Shown here in pieces: positions 18,225-26,759 of a stretch of 31,331 nucleotides of DNA. Origin of the DNA: Phycisphaerae bacterium. GTDB lineage: Bacteria; Planctomycetota; Phycisphaerae; UBA1845; Fen-1342. Made by a program: the position numbers and the translations under genes. Each line of letters opens with the position of its first letter. Positions within the stretch are counted from its first letter, which is position 1. The notes under the pieces were generated by a model, which made no database searches, was not told the DNA's origin, and saw nothing but the letters and a program-made list of their open reading frames with translations. The stretch spans positions 1-31,331 of the forward strand of contig JAFGRR010000196.1 in NCBI GenBank assembly GCA_016935035.1, given 5' to 3'.

Positions 18225-20474
18225 ATGCGAACGCGGAACACCCAACGGACATCGCACGCGGCAATCGCCCTGCTCGCGATATTGCTCGTCTCGGTCGGCG
18301 CGTCGGCGGACGTGCTCGACGCCCGCTTCTACCAAATCGACTTCATGCAAGGCGCCGACACTCTAATTGACTCGGATTGGGGCACGTTAGTACTCGAGTT
18401 CGACGGCGCGCCAGACTTCCAGTATTTGAACCTGGTCGTCGACGGCATGTGGCGAATTCAGAACATCCCGGTCTGGAGCCTGCAAGGCCCGAGCGCCGTC
18501 AACCAGATGAGCTTCAACTTCCCGCTCGGCACGCCTGCCGGCGTGGACGTGCCGATGCTGGTCTACTCGGCGGAGTTGACCGCCGAACCGCTATTCACCG
18601 CCCCAGGCGGCGTAACCACCGATGCTTTCGTCGAACCACGCAGCGTCACCATCGGCGGCTTGGGTGGCCCGGTCGGCCCGCTTCCGCCGGCCACGCCGCT
18701 GATCGGCTGGATTCCCGTCCGGTGGTCGTTCAACGATGGCTTCAACGACTACAACCAGGACGTCGGTGTCGACGAGTGCGTACCAGGTGCGTTCTCGAAC
18801 AGCCTTAGTTGGCTGGATGCGATCAACCCCGCGCTCAGCATCCCGGAAGGCCTGAAGAGCGTTGAGGGGCTGAAGGAACCAACCGGCTGGGTACCGCCCG
18901 CGGTCGACGATTTCGGCGATCCGATTCCCGGCACCGGCGGAACGGGCGTCGATGCCTGGCAGGGCAAGGGTGCGGCGCTGGCCGGCTATGTCACCACACG
19001 CTACTTCGATATCAGCCAGGCCGACAGCATTTTCGACGAGTTGGACGACGATCAGGACGTCGAATTGTGGGGCGACCATCACGCGGCCGTCGTCAGCGGC
19101 ATGGTCCAACACGCCGACGGCACCTACACAATCTACGTCACGCACGACACCAAACAGGGCGAGGACGGCGGAACGGTAACCGAGCCGATTACCTACAACC
19201 CGACGACCGGTGATGTCACGGGCGGGGCGCCGGGCTTTTTCTCCGGCTCGCCGTTGCGCGGTTTCGTGGTCGAATGCCCCGTGGAGCCGACCGAGACGAC
19301 GTATACGTTCAGCCAGATCGACTTCGAGCAGGGCGCCGACACCGTCATGGACTCCGACTGGGGCACTCTGGCCTTGACGTTCGAGGGCACACCCGACTTC
19401 CAGTTCGTGAACCTGAGCGTCGACGGCATATGGGTGATCCAGGATGTCTGCGTGTACAGCTTTGAAGGTCCCGGCACAATGCAGACGCAGCTCCTCAACT
19501 TCCCGCTGGGCAACCCGCCCGGCATGGACGTCATGAGCATCAACTATGCCGCTTCGCTTACACCCGCGCCGCTGGGGGCGCCGCCGGCAGATCCGCCGAT
19601 ATTCGGCTTGGTGACCGGCCGCGCGGTGACGGTCGGCGGCCTGGACGGCCCGATCGGCTACATCCCGCCGCCGTTCCCAATCACGGGTTGGTTACCCGAC
19701 CGATGGTCCGACAACTACGAATTCGCTTCGCACAACCAGGAAGTCGGTGTTGACGAGTGTGTTCCAGGCGCGTTCTCCAACAGCCTGCAGAGCCTCGATG
19801 AACAGAATGACCATATCGACATTCCCGCCGACAAGAAGAGCGTCGAGGGGCTCAAGGGCCCGACGGGCTTCACGTCTCCGACCACAGGCTCCGACGGCAA
19901 ACCCACCCCCGGCACCGGCGGCACTGGCGTCAATGCCTGGCAGGGCAAACGTGACTCCGTGAAACAATGGGTCACGACCCGTTACTTCGACATCAGCAAA
20001 ATCGACAACGTCTTTGATGAAATCGACGATGATCAGGATGTCGAGCTCTGGGGACACCACCACGCCGCGATGGTCGTCGGCATGATGAAGCACCCGAATG
20101 GCAAGTACTCGATCCAGGTCGCCCACGACACCAAGCAGGGCCAGAAAGGCGGCACGGCCATCGAGACCATCACCTATGACCCCGCGACCGGAGCCGTCGA
20201 GGGCGGGTCACCCGGGTTCTTCTCCGGGTCGATGCTGCGCGGCTTTGTGGTCGAATGTCCGCGACCACCGGGAACTGTCGGCGATGCCAACGGCGACGGC
20301 GTCGTCGATGTGTTCGACATCGACGCCTTTGTGCTCGCGATCACGAATCCGGAGTTGTTCGAGCTGTTGTACCCGGACGCGGACATCTCGCTGTGCGACA
20401 CCAACGGCGACGGCGTGGTGGACGTGTTCGACATCGACTCGTTTGTCGAGCTGATCGTCGGCGGCGGGCATTAG
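18225..20474 (+). CDS. Secreted 749-aa protein with two tandem copies of an unknown beta-rich domain plus putative papain-like peptidase module, and a C-terminal dockerin-like domain
   Basis: AAGGAGG RBS before ATG 18225 and a signal peptide ending GASA-D. Repeats at about 18327-19280 and 19308-20261 share QIDF, DSDWGTL, NQ.VGVDECVPGAFSNSL, DQDVELWG.HHAA.V.G, HDTKQG and GFVVECP. The dockerin tail starts at 20280. Confidence 0.8.
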   Translation: MRTRNTQRTSHAAIALLAILLVSVGASADVLDARFYQIDFMQGADTLIDSDWGTLVLEFDGAPDFQYLNLVVDGMWRIQNIPVWSLQGPSAVNQMSFNFPLGTPAGVDVPMLVYSAELTAEPLFTAPGGVTTDAFVEPRSVTIGGLGGPVGPLPPATPLIGWIPVRWSFNDGFNDYNQDVGVDECVPGAFSNSLSWLDAINPALSIPEGLKSVEGLKEPTGWVPPAVDDFGDPIPGTGGTGVDAWQGKGAALAGYVTTRYFDISQADSIFDELDDDQDVELWGDHHAAVVSGMVQHADGTYTIYVTHDTKQGEDGGTVTEPITYNPTTGDVTGGAPGFFSGSPLRGFVVECPVEPTETTYTFSQIDFEQGADTVMDSDWGTLALTFEGTPDFQFVNLSVDGIWVIQDVCVYSFEGPGTMQTQLLNFPLGNPPGMDVMSINYAASLTPAPLGAPPADPPIFGLVTGRAVTVGGLDGPIGYIPPPFPITGWLPDRWSDNYEFASHNQEVGVDECVPGAFSNSLQSLDEQNDHIDIPADKKSVEGLKGPTGFTSPTTGSDGKPTPGTGGTGVNAWQGKRDSVKQWVTTRYFDISKIDNVFDEIDDDQDVELWGHHHAAMVVGMMKHPNGKYSIQVAHDTKQGQKGGTAIETITYDPATGAVEGGSPGFFSGSMLRGFVVECPRPPGTVGDANGDGVVDVFDIDAFVLAITNPELFELLYPDADISLCDTNGDGVVDVFDIDSFVELIVGGGH

Positions 20475-20497
20475 GCGGCGGAGGTGCAACCACGAAG

Positions 20498-20554
20498 ACG
20501 GCCGACGAGACGTCGGCCGCTACACTGGTCGTCAGGCACGGCGGCCTGATGCTA
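20498..20554. repeat. Composite GTAG-type REP doublet between convergent genes
   Basis: ACGGCCGACGAGACGTCGGCCGCTACAC (20498-20525) is identical to 12923-12950. It is followed by CGTCAGGCACGGCGGCCTGATGCTAC. Both units read GTAG-palindrome on the minus strand. Confidence 0.88.
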
Positions 20555-20669
20555 CATGATTGCCGCATTGACGATAGCACGCCGGCCACGCTGGCAGGAG
20601 GTAAACCAACGTGGCCGGCGTTTTGATTCTTGGGCGGCGCCTGTGGTGGTCGCACCACCCACACCAGGG

Positions 20670-21692
20670 CTACTTGAGCATCTGGGAGTCGTATACGCTC
20701 GACGGTCCCTCGCGACCGGTGTACTCGGTCACATCACGTAGCGTCCAAATGTTGTCATTCTTGATGCCAACCGTCGGCGTCGTCACCCATTGCACGTGAC
20801 CGCTCAGGGACAGAATGTTCTGTCCAGCCGAACGGTGCGCCGGTGAATTGCGCTTGGACGAGCTCAGCCCCTGCCGCAAAGCGTCGAACAGCGGCAAGCC
20901 ATCCTGGAAGAGCGGGTTCTCATCGGACAGCAACGGCAACGCGGGCAAGTCCTCAGCCGACGGCCGCACACCCGCCATGTTCTGATACGCGTAGCTGACG
21001 TTGCGAGACTCAAGGAAATCGTCGTTCTCGTCAATCTGCTCGTCACGCATCGCCACATGCATGCGCGACGGGCAGATGAAGGCCGTCGGACGAACGTAGC
21101 GCCCACGCAGCAGCGGGTACACGTGCCGGCGATTCGGCAGCGTCTGGACATCCGGATCATCCGTCGGCAACCAAGTGTTCTCGCCCTGGTTCCAGCCGAC
21201 GAACGGCAGGCTGCTGTCAAACGCGTTAGCGTACTGCTGGACGGCGCTGCCGATCTGCGCCAGGTTCGCCGAGCAGGCGATCCGCTGGCCGCGTTCACGG
21301 ACGTTCAGCAGCCCCGGCAGGCCAAGACCCACCGCCAGCACCACCATCGCCGCCACGGCGACGATGTCGCGCAGATTGCTAAACGGGATGATAAGCGGGC
21401 GCTGGGTCCTCTCGGTCTGTTCACGCAGCTCCGCGTCCGCCTTGGCGATCGACAGTCGGGGCGTCGCGGCCACGCGAGCGGCGATGCGCCGCCCCAGGTC
21501 GGCCGGCGCCGCCTCGGCACCTCGCACCGACTCCAGTGCCGCGAATACCGACGTCAGAATCGCGTGCTGCTCGGCCAATTGGGGGTCGGCTTCGAGCCGC
21601 GCACGCAGCTCGCCGGCCTCGCCATCCGACAGTTCCCCCAGGTGCAAGTCGAGGAGCTTGGGATCAAATCGTGCTTCTGGTAACACAGCCAT
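20670..21692 (-). CDS. Putative anti-sigma factor: Zn-less anti-sigma N-terminus, transmembrane helix, and DUF1559/pseudopilin-like extracytoplasmic domain
   Basis: Lies directly downstream of the ECF sigma gene. N-terminus LLDLHLGELSDGEAGELRARLEADP. The segment VAVAAMVVLAVGLGLPGLLNVRERGQRIACSANLAQIGSAVQQY matches the LP....RE...R..C.NNL.QIG.A...Y pattern. The C-terminus has HRSAGQNILSLSGHV. Confidence 0.75.
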   Translation of the reverse strand: MAVLPEARFDPKLLDLHLGELSDGEAGELRARLEADPQLAEQHAILTSVFAALESVRGAEAAPADLGRRIAARVAATPRLSIAKADAELREQTERTQRPLIIPFSNLRDIVAVAAMVVLAVGLGLPGLLNVRERGQRIACSANLAQIGSAVQQYANAFDSSLPFVGWNQGENTWLPTDDPDVQTLPNRRHVYPLLRGRYVRPTAFICPSRMHVAMRDEQIDENDDFLESRNVSYAYQNMAGVRPSAEDLPALPLLSDENPLFQDGLPLFDALRQGLSSSKRNSPAHRSAGQNILSLSGHVQWVTTPTVGIKNDNIWTLRDVTEYTGREGPSSVYDSQMLK

Positions 21693-21719
21693 TTACTCCA
21701 CGCCTAGTGGTCGCTTGCT

Positions 21720-22325
21720 TCAATCCTGTTCCTGATTCGGGCTTCGCTTCTGGCTTTGCCAGAGACCGGCGAAATACGCTACCGCCGAGTGAAGTCGCGA
21801 TTTGACCGTACCGACTGGGATATCGAGGATTTCCGCGATCTCGGCGTACGGCAACTGCTGGAAATATCCCAGCAGGAGGATCGTCCGCAGATTGTCGGGC
21901 ATCTCACCGACAAGCCGGCGGACCAACTGGTGCTGTTCGTCCGACTCCAGCTCATCCGACACCGACACGCCACCAGCCTCGAGATGTTCTGCGGCCGAGG
22001 GTCCGTCATCCCCAGGCCAGGTTGCGTCCAGTGATTTTGCGGGTCGGCGTCCGCGTGCCCGCAGAAAGTCGCGGGCCTTGTTCGCCGCGATAGTGTAAAG
22101 CCACGGCTTGAACGCGCGCTTGGGGTCGAACGAGTCCGCCGATAGATGCACCTGGATGAAAGCCTCCTGCACGAGGTCCTCGGCGATCGCGCCGTTGTTG
22201 ACAAACCTGAGGACGAATCCGAAGAGTTCATCGAGATACCGATTTGTGAGTGTCTCAAAGGCACCAGGGTCACCTGCCAGGTGATCGCGTAACAGCTCGG
22301 CGTCAGTCGGTTTGGTCACGGTCAC
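21720..22325 (-). CDS. ECF-family RNA polymerase sigma-70 factor
   Basis: TDAELL, AFETL, AEDLVQEAFIQV, FKPWLYTIAANKARD, and region 4.2 YAEIAEILDIPVGTVKSRLHSA. Confidence 0.95.
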   Translation of the reverse strand: MTVTKPTDAELLRDHLAGDPGAFETLTNRYLDELFGFVLRFVNNGAIAEDLVQEAFIQVHLSADSFDPKRAFKPWLYTIAANKARDFLRARGRRPAKSLDATWPGDDGPSAAEHLEAGGVSVSDELESDEQHQLVRRLVGEMPDNLRTILLLGYFQQLPYAEIAEILDIPVGTVKSRLHSAVAYFAGLWQSQKRSPNQEQD

Positions 22326-22335
22326 CTAACCTCAA

Positions 22336-22360
22336 TACGCCCCCGAACGGGCGTGGTTCA
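22336..22360 (-). promoter_or_regulatory. Candidate autoregulatory ECF promoter
   Basis: Minus strand TGAAC-N16-CGTA ending about 10 nt before the GTG start. It matches the general ECF AAC/CGT consensus. Confidence 0.6.
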
Positions 22361-22519
22361 TTCAGGCCTCGGGTTTCCGGCGCACACAGAAGGCCTTGCG
22401 GACAGGCGGATTATCGGGTCAACTGAGCAATAGCTCAAAGGCGTCCGTGCCTGCACTCCGCCCTGATGGCGCCTACGCATCACAAGTTCTGCTCCCGCAA
22501 ACGCTTGCGAGTCGGCAAC

Positions 22520-24043
22520 ATGACGGAAAAGCCGGTCACTCTGGGGACGAACGCGCTCAGCGAACGTGAATTGGCGGCGCTGGTCGAATCGTCGGCGGCG
22601 ATCAACGCCAGCCTGGACCTCGGCGCCACGCTTCAGGCCATCGCCCGCGCCGCCGCCGCCGTCCTCGATGCCGAGGCCAGTTCGGTTCTGCTCCACGATC
22701 GCCGGCGTAACAAGCTGGTCTTCGAGGCCGCTTTCGGCGAAACCGGGGACGCGCTGCTTGGACAGGAAATGCCGGCCGACCAGGGTTTTGCCGGCCGCGT
22801 CGTAACCACCGGCATGGCTGTCATCATCAACAATGTCCGCCAGGACCCCGCCCACTTTCGCGGGTTCGATGACCGCTCCAAATTCGAAACCAAGGAACTG
22901 ATCGCAGCCCCGATGCGCATCGGGGCCGACGTCATCGGCGTTGTTGAAGTCTTGAATCCGCGCGCGGATCGGCAGTTCAGCGATCGCGACTCCGAGCTGC
23001 TCCAGGTCTTCGCGAACTTGGCCGCGATCAGCGCCTCCAACGCACAGCATCACGAGGGCGTCAAACGCGAGAACCGCCGCCTGCGCGAGGTCGCCCAGCC
23101 GGACAGCGCCGTGATCGGCAACAGCGAGGCGTTGCGCAGCGTGATGCAGCTTTGCCAGCGCGTGGCCGCCACCCACGCCACAGTCCTGCTGCTAGGCGAG
23201 ACCGGCACCGGCAAGGAAGTCTGTGCCAGGACCATCCACGCCCGCAGCCCGCGACGTGATCGCGCCTTCGTCGCCATCAACTGCGCCGCCCTGCCGGAGA
23301 CGCTCCTCGAAAGCGAGTTGTTCGGCCACGAAGCCGGCGCCTTCACCGGCGCCGCCGGCCGCAAGCTCGGGCGCTTCGAGTTGGCCGACGGCGGAACGCT
23401 GTTCCTCGACGAGATTGGCGATATCAGCGCCTCGACCCAGGTCAAGCTGCTACGCGTGCTCCAGGAGCGCGAGTTCGTCCGCGTCGGCGGAACCAACGCC
23501 ATTGCCTGCGACGTCCGCATCATCACCGCCACCAACCGCGACCTGAAAGCCGCGATTGACGACGGCACCTTTCGCGAAGACCTGTTTTATCGGCTGAACG
23601 TCTTCCCGATTCGCGTGCCGCCGGTGCGTGAACGCGTCGAGGACATCACGCTGCTCGTCGAACACTTCGTCACGCTGAGCGTGCGAGAGCTGGCCATGCG
23701 GCCGGTACGGGTTTCGGAAGAAGCTATATCGCTGCTGTGCGCCTATCGCTGGCCCGGCAATGTCCGCGAGATGCGCAACGTGATCGAACGTGCCGTCCTG
23801 TTGTGCGATGGCGACGAGATCACACCGGCCCACCTGCCCAAAGAGGTGTCGGGGGACGCGGATCGGGTGCGGATGGGCTCGGCGGGCGCATCGGTCGAGG
23901 CCTACGAACGGGCGCTGATCGTCAAGGCGCTCGAGGAGCACGAATGGAACCAGACACGCGCCGCCGAGGCCCTGGGGCTCAGCCGCGACAATCTGCGTTA
24001 CCGGCTGCGGAAGTACGGAATCCAACGGCCTAAGACAAGTTAG
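22520..24043 (+). CDS. Sigma-54-dependent transcriptional activator (GAF + AAA+ + Fis-type HTH), 507 aa
   Basis: N-terminal GAF ([14 protein letters not shown]), Walker [48 protein letters not shown], and [21 protein letters not shown]. Confidence 0.95.
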   Translation: MTEKPVTLGTNALSERELAALVESSAAINASLDLGATLQAIARAAAAVLDAEASSVLLHDRRRNKLVFEAAFGETGDALLGQEMPADQGFAGRVVTTGMAVIINNVRQDPAHFRGFDDRSKFETKELIAAPMRIGADVIGVVEVLNPRADRQFSDRDSELLQVFANLAAISASNAQHHEGVKRENRRLREVAQPDSAVIGNSEALRSVMQLCQRVAATHATVLLLGETGTGKEVCARTIHARSPRRDRAFVAINCAALPETLLESELFGHEAGAFTGAAGRKLGRFELADGGTLFLDEIGDISASTQVKLLRVLQEREFVRVGGTNAIACDVRIITATNRDLKAAIDDGTFREDLFYRLNVFPIRVPPVRERVEDITLLVEHFVTLSVRELAMRPVRVSEEAISLLCAYRWPGNVREMRNVIERAVLLCDGDEITPAHLPKEVSGDADRVRMGSAGASVEAYERALIVKALEEHEWNQTRAAEALGLSRDNLRYRLRKYGIQRPKTS

Positions 24044-24046
24044 ATC

Positions 24047-24061
24047 TGGCACGTGCCCGGC
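24047..24061 (+). promoter_or_regulatory. Candidate sigma-54 promoter upstream of the glycoside hydrolase
   Basis: TGGCACG followed by GC at the GG-N10-GC spacing. The -12 element is CGGC rather than TTGC. Confidence 0.35.
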
Positions 24062-24187
24062 GCGATTGTGCGCGACACACATGCTGTGCATCCTTGCGGA
24101 ACCCTCGGGCGGGGACGACAATCAGCCAAGCCTGAACCGTATTAGGAGCACCGCGCCGCGGGGCGGCGTGTGGAAAAGGATTGTCGA

Positions 24188-26521
24188 ATGCACGAACTTG
24201 TAATGCCACTGAGCTTCCCCGATAGCGACTACACGCCGCACGGGTATTTGAATAACCCCTACCACTCCATGGTGCTCAACCGTAGCGGCATTATTCGATC
24301 GGTGCCGCCGCTGGGGTTCGGATTCTGGAAGCGGAGTTTCAAAGGCAGTTACGGCGGAGCGGCGGGCGATCACGTCAACTACCTGTCGCTGCTGCACCTC
24401 GCGGTGGCGGTGGATGGCGTGCGCCTGGTGGACGAGGCGGACTTCGCCCGCGAGCGTATCCGGCTGGCGTCGCGCTACCACACGCAGAACATGATGAGCT
24501 ACGACTGGATGTGCAGCGGGCAGATGTTCAGCCTGAAGTACTTCCTGGCGCGCGAGGACTCGCTCGTGTGCCGCGTCGAGATTCGCAACACGCTTGCCGA
24601 AGACAAGGAACTCACGCTGCACGCCACCAATATCTACGGGCTGTGGGAGCGGCGCTGGTGGGGCAGCGACGGGCTCGCGGCCCGGTACGTCGAGAACAGC
24701 GATGCCGGCCTCAGCACCATCTGGGCATATGGCGACTATTTCGCGCTGGGCAGCGACACGCCAAGTGTGGCGCACAAAGCGACCGCGTCGGAATCGCAGT
24801 GGTGCGAGTGGCTGCGTGCCAACGACACGACGAGCAACGACGGTGCCACCGTCCACGGCGTGGGCCCGCTGTACACGACGCAGTCATACAAGATCACCGT
24901 GCCCACCAACGACTCAGTTGCCGTGCTGATCTGTCTGAGCCGCGCCCCCAACGAGCCCTTCGCGCTTGAGGAATTGCAGACCGGACTACGCCAGGCCCTG
25001 CCGACGCTCGAACAGTATCTCGATGAGGATGAAGCGTTCTGGTCGGCCTGCCCGTCGCTGGTCGGCGACTGGCCCGAGCTCTGGAAACGCGGCTGGGTGT
25101 ACGACTACGAGACTTTGCGGATGAACGTCCGGCGGCCGCTAGGCGTCTTCCGCCATCCGTGGGACGCGATGCAGATTCACTCGCCGCGCAGTGTCTTGGC
25201 GGAGGCCGCCCTCGACATGTTCACGCTGAGCTATGCGGACGCGGATCTCGCGCGCGAGGTGCTCTTCGGAATGTTTGCCGACGCGCCGGAGGCCAACGTG
25301 CCGTGCATGCGCGAGGATGGCGGCATGAACATGATCGCCGCCGACGGCTCAGCCTGCGGCACCGCTCCATCGTGGTGCCTGCCGTTCCACGTGATCCGCG
25401 CGATCCACGCCTTCACCGGCGACGTGCAATGGATCAGCGCCATGTATCCCTACCTCAAGGCGTACATCGAGTGGTGGTTCGAGCATCGCACCAACGGCAA
25501 CGGCGGCTTCCACTGCCACTGTGACTGGGAATCCGGGCAGGACGGCTCAAAGCGTTTCCCTGGCGACGAGGGCGCCGTCGCCGACAACGTCCGCACAGTC
25601 GACGTCGAGGCCAGCATGGCCGAGGCCCTGCGTCTGATGGCCCATTTTTCTCAAATCGTCGACGCACCCGAGGACACGCCGTACTGGCTGAAGCTGGCGG
25701 AGCAACGGACCAAAGCGACGCGTGCCATGTTCGTGGACACGTGGTTCCACGACATCGACACGCGCACCAACACGCCGATCAAGCTTGACTATCGCGACAT
25801 CATGATGCTCTGCCCGCTGAGCTGCCAGGTCGCCACGCCGGAGCAGGTCGAAGCCCTGCGGCCGATGTTCGATTTCTACCGTGAGAACCCGTGGCCGTGG
25901 CTGGAATGGCCGTCGTTCTTCCTGGTCTTCGCCGAGGCGGCCTGGACCGCGCGGCGTCAGGCGCTGTTGTCCGAGGTGATTGCCGACACACTCGACCGCG
26001 TGTACGCCCGCACCGACGCGCGCCAGACACAATTCGTCGAGCAGGGCAAACCATACGCCTGGCGCGTTCCCGGGATCGCCAACGAATACTGGCCGATCAA
26101 ACCCGAGCAGGAGCCCAGTGGCGAAGGTTACGGTTGGGGCGCGACGTTGCCGCTGCACATCATCCGCGGCATCGTGGGGTTCCGCGAGCCCGATGCTCTG
26201 CCTGCGACTGACGAAACGGCAGCCGAGTTCGTGCTGGCACCAGCGATTCCCGAGCGGCTGATGACCGTGGGAAAGAAGTACGGTCTGACCAACCTGCGTT
26301 TCGGTGCACACAGCCTGGTCGTAACGTACGAAGTACTTGAGATGGGCCGCCTGCGCGTCAGCCTCGCGCTGGAACTGGGCGAGGCCTGCTCGGTCGAGGT
26401 CAGCGACGATCGCCAGGGCGTGGTCTTCGAGGAGTCGTACGACCAGCCGACCGGCGCGCTGGCGTTCGACGGGCTGAACGGCGCGGTGTACACGGTTCGC
26501 GTCACCCCCGCCGGCATCTGA
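24188..26521 (+). CDS. Glycoside hydrolase of GH63/MGH1-like (alpha/alpha)6 type, 777 aa, no signal peptide
   Basis: WESGQDGSKRF resembles the WESGxDNSPRF catalytic-Asp motif. Also has HPWD, YLKAYIEWW and C-terminal EGYGWGA. ATG 24188 follows AAAGGA at 7 nt; an alternative start is GTG 24170. Confidence 0.7.
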   Translation: MHELVMPLSFPDSDYTPHGYLNNPYHSMVLNRSGIIRSVPPLGFGFWKRSFKGSYGGAAGDHVNYLSLLHLAVAVDGVRLVDEADFARERIRLASRYHTQNMMSYDWMCSGQMFSLKYFLAREDSLVCRVEIRNTLAEDKELTLHATNIYGLWERRWWGSDGLAARYVENSDAGLSTIWAYGDYFALGSDTPSVAHKATASESQWCEWLRANDTTSNDGATVHGVGPLYTTQSYKITVPTNDSVAVLICLSRAPNEPFALEELQTGLRQALPTLEQYLDEDEAFWSACPSLVGDWPELWKRGWVYDYETLRMNVRRPLGVFRHPWDAMQIHSPRSVLAEAALDMFTLSYADADLAREVLFGMFADAPEANVPCMREDGGMNMIAADGSACGTAPSWCLPFHVIRAIHAFTGDVQWISAMYPYLKAYIEWWFEHRTNGNGGFHCHCDWESGQDGSKRFPGDEGAVADNVRTVDVEASMAEALRLMAHFSQIVDAPEDTPYWLKLAEQRTKATRAMFVDTWFHDIDTRTNTPIKLDYRDIMMLCPLSCQVATPEQVEALRPMFDFYRENPWPWLEWPSFFLVFAEAAWTARRQALLSEVIADTLDRVYARTDARQTQFVEQGKPYAWRVPGIANEYWPIKPEQEPSGEGYGWGATLPLHIIRGIVGFREPDALPATDETAAEFVLAPAIPERLMTVGKKYGLTNLRFGAHSLVVTYEVLEMGRLRVSLALELGEACSVEVSDDRQGVVFEESYDQPTGALAFDGLNGAVYTVRVTPAGI

Positions 26522-26532
26522 CCGGCCGGTGT

Positions 26533-26617
26533 CTAGCGTCAGGCCTCCGTACCTGACGTCTTCTGAAACAACAGATGCAGCATATGTGGCGGCCGACATC
26601 TCGTCGGCCGCCTTCGT
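26533..26617. repeat. Inverted copy of the composite REP doublet
   Basis: CTAGCGTCAGGCCTCCGTACCTGACGTC (26533-26560) and GTGGCGGCCGAC-ATCTC-GTCGGCCGCC (26586-26612, 10-bp stem). Confidence 0.85.
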
Positions 26618-26664
26618 TGCTTCACGACGGTCGCGTATAGTGCGCAACCAGTCATGAAACGCCG

Positions 26665-26689
26665 GGAACCTGACACACCCACGAGCGTC
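26665..26689 (+). promoter_or_regulatory. Candidate ECF promoter upstream of alpha-2-macroglobulin
   Basis: GGAAC-N16-CGTC, 70 nt before ATG 26760. It has the same AAC-N16-CGT geometry as the motif upstream of the ECF sigma gene. Confidence 0.55.
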
Positions 26690-26759
26690 CAATCATCTGC
26701 CGGCCACCAGCGCGGTGCCGGCCCCTATCTGTCAAACCGTTTGGTCGGAGGGCTCGCAC

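Noticed and set aside
18327-20261. Internal duplication as a DGR template/variable repeat pair
   Set aside because: Differences are at all bases and largely synonymous rather than adenine-specific, both copies are in one reading frame, and no reverse transcriptase is present.
22520-24043. Calling the activator nifA or fhlA
   Set aside because: The GAF-AAA-HTH architecture is generic, and there are no nif or hydrogenase genes nearby.
12848-26617. Palindromic repeats as a CRISPR array
   Set aside because: The copies are dispersed kilobases apart with no regular spacers, and no cas genes are present.
25547-26692. 381-aa minus-strand ORF
   Set aside because: Antisense to the GH63-like gene and runs through REP elements. 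It has no protein-like motifs.
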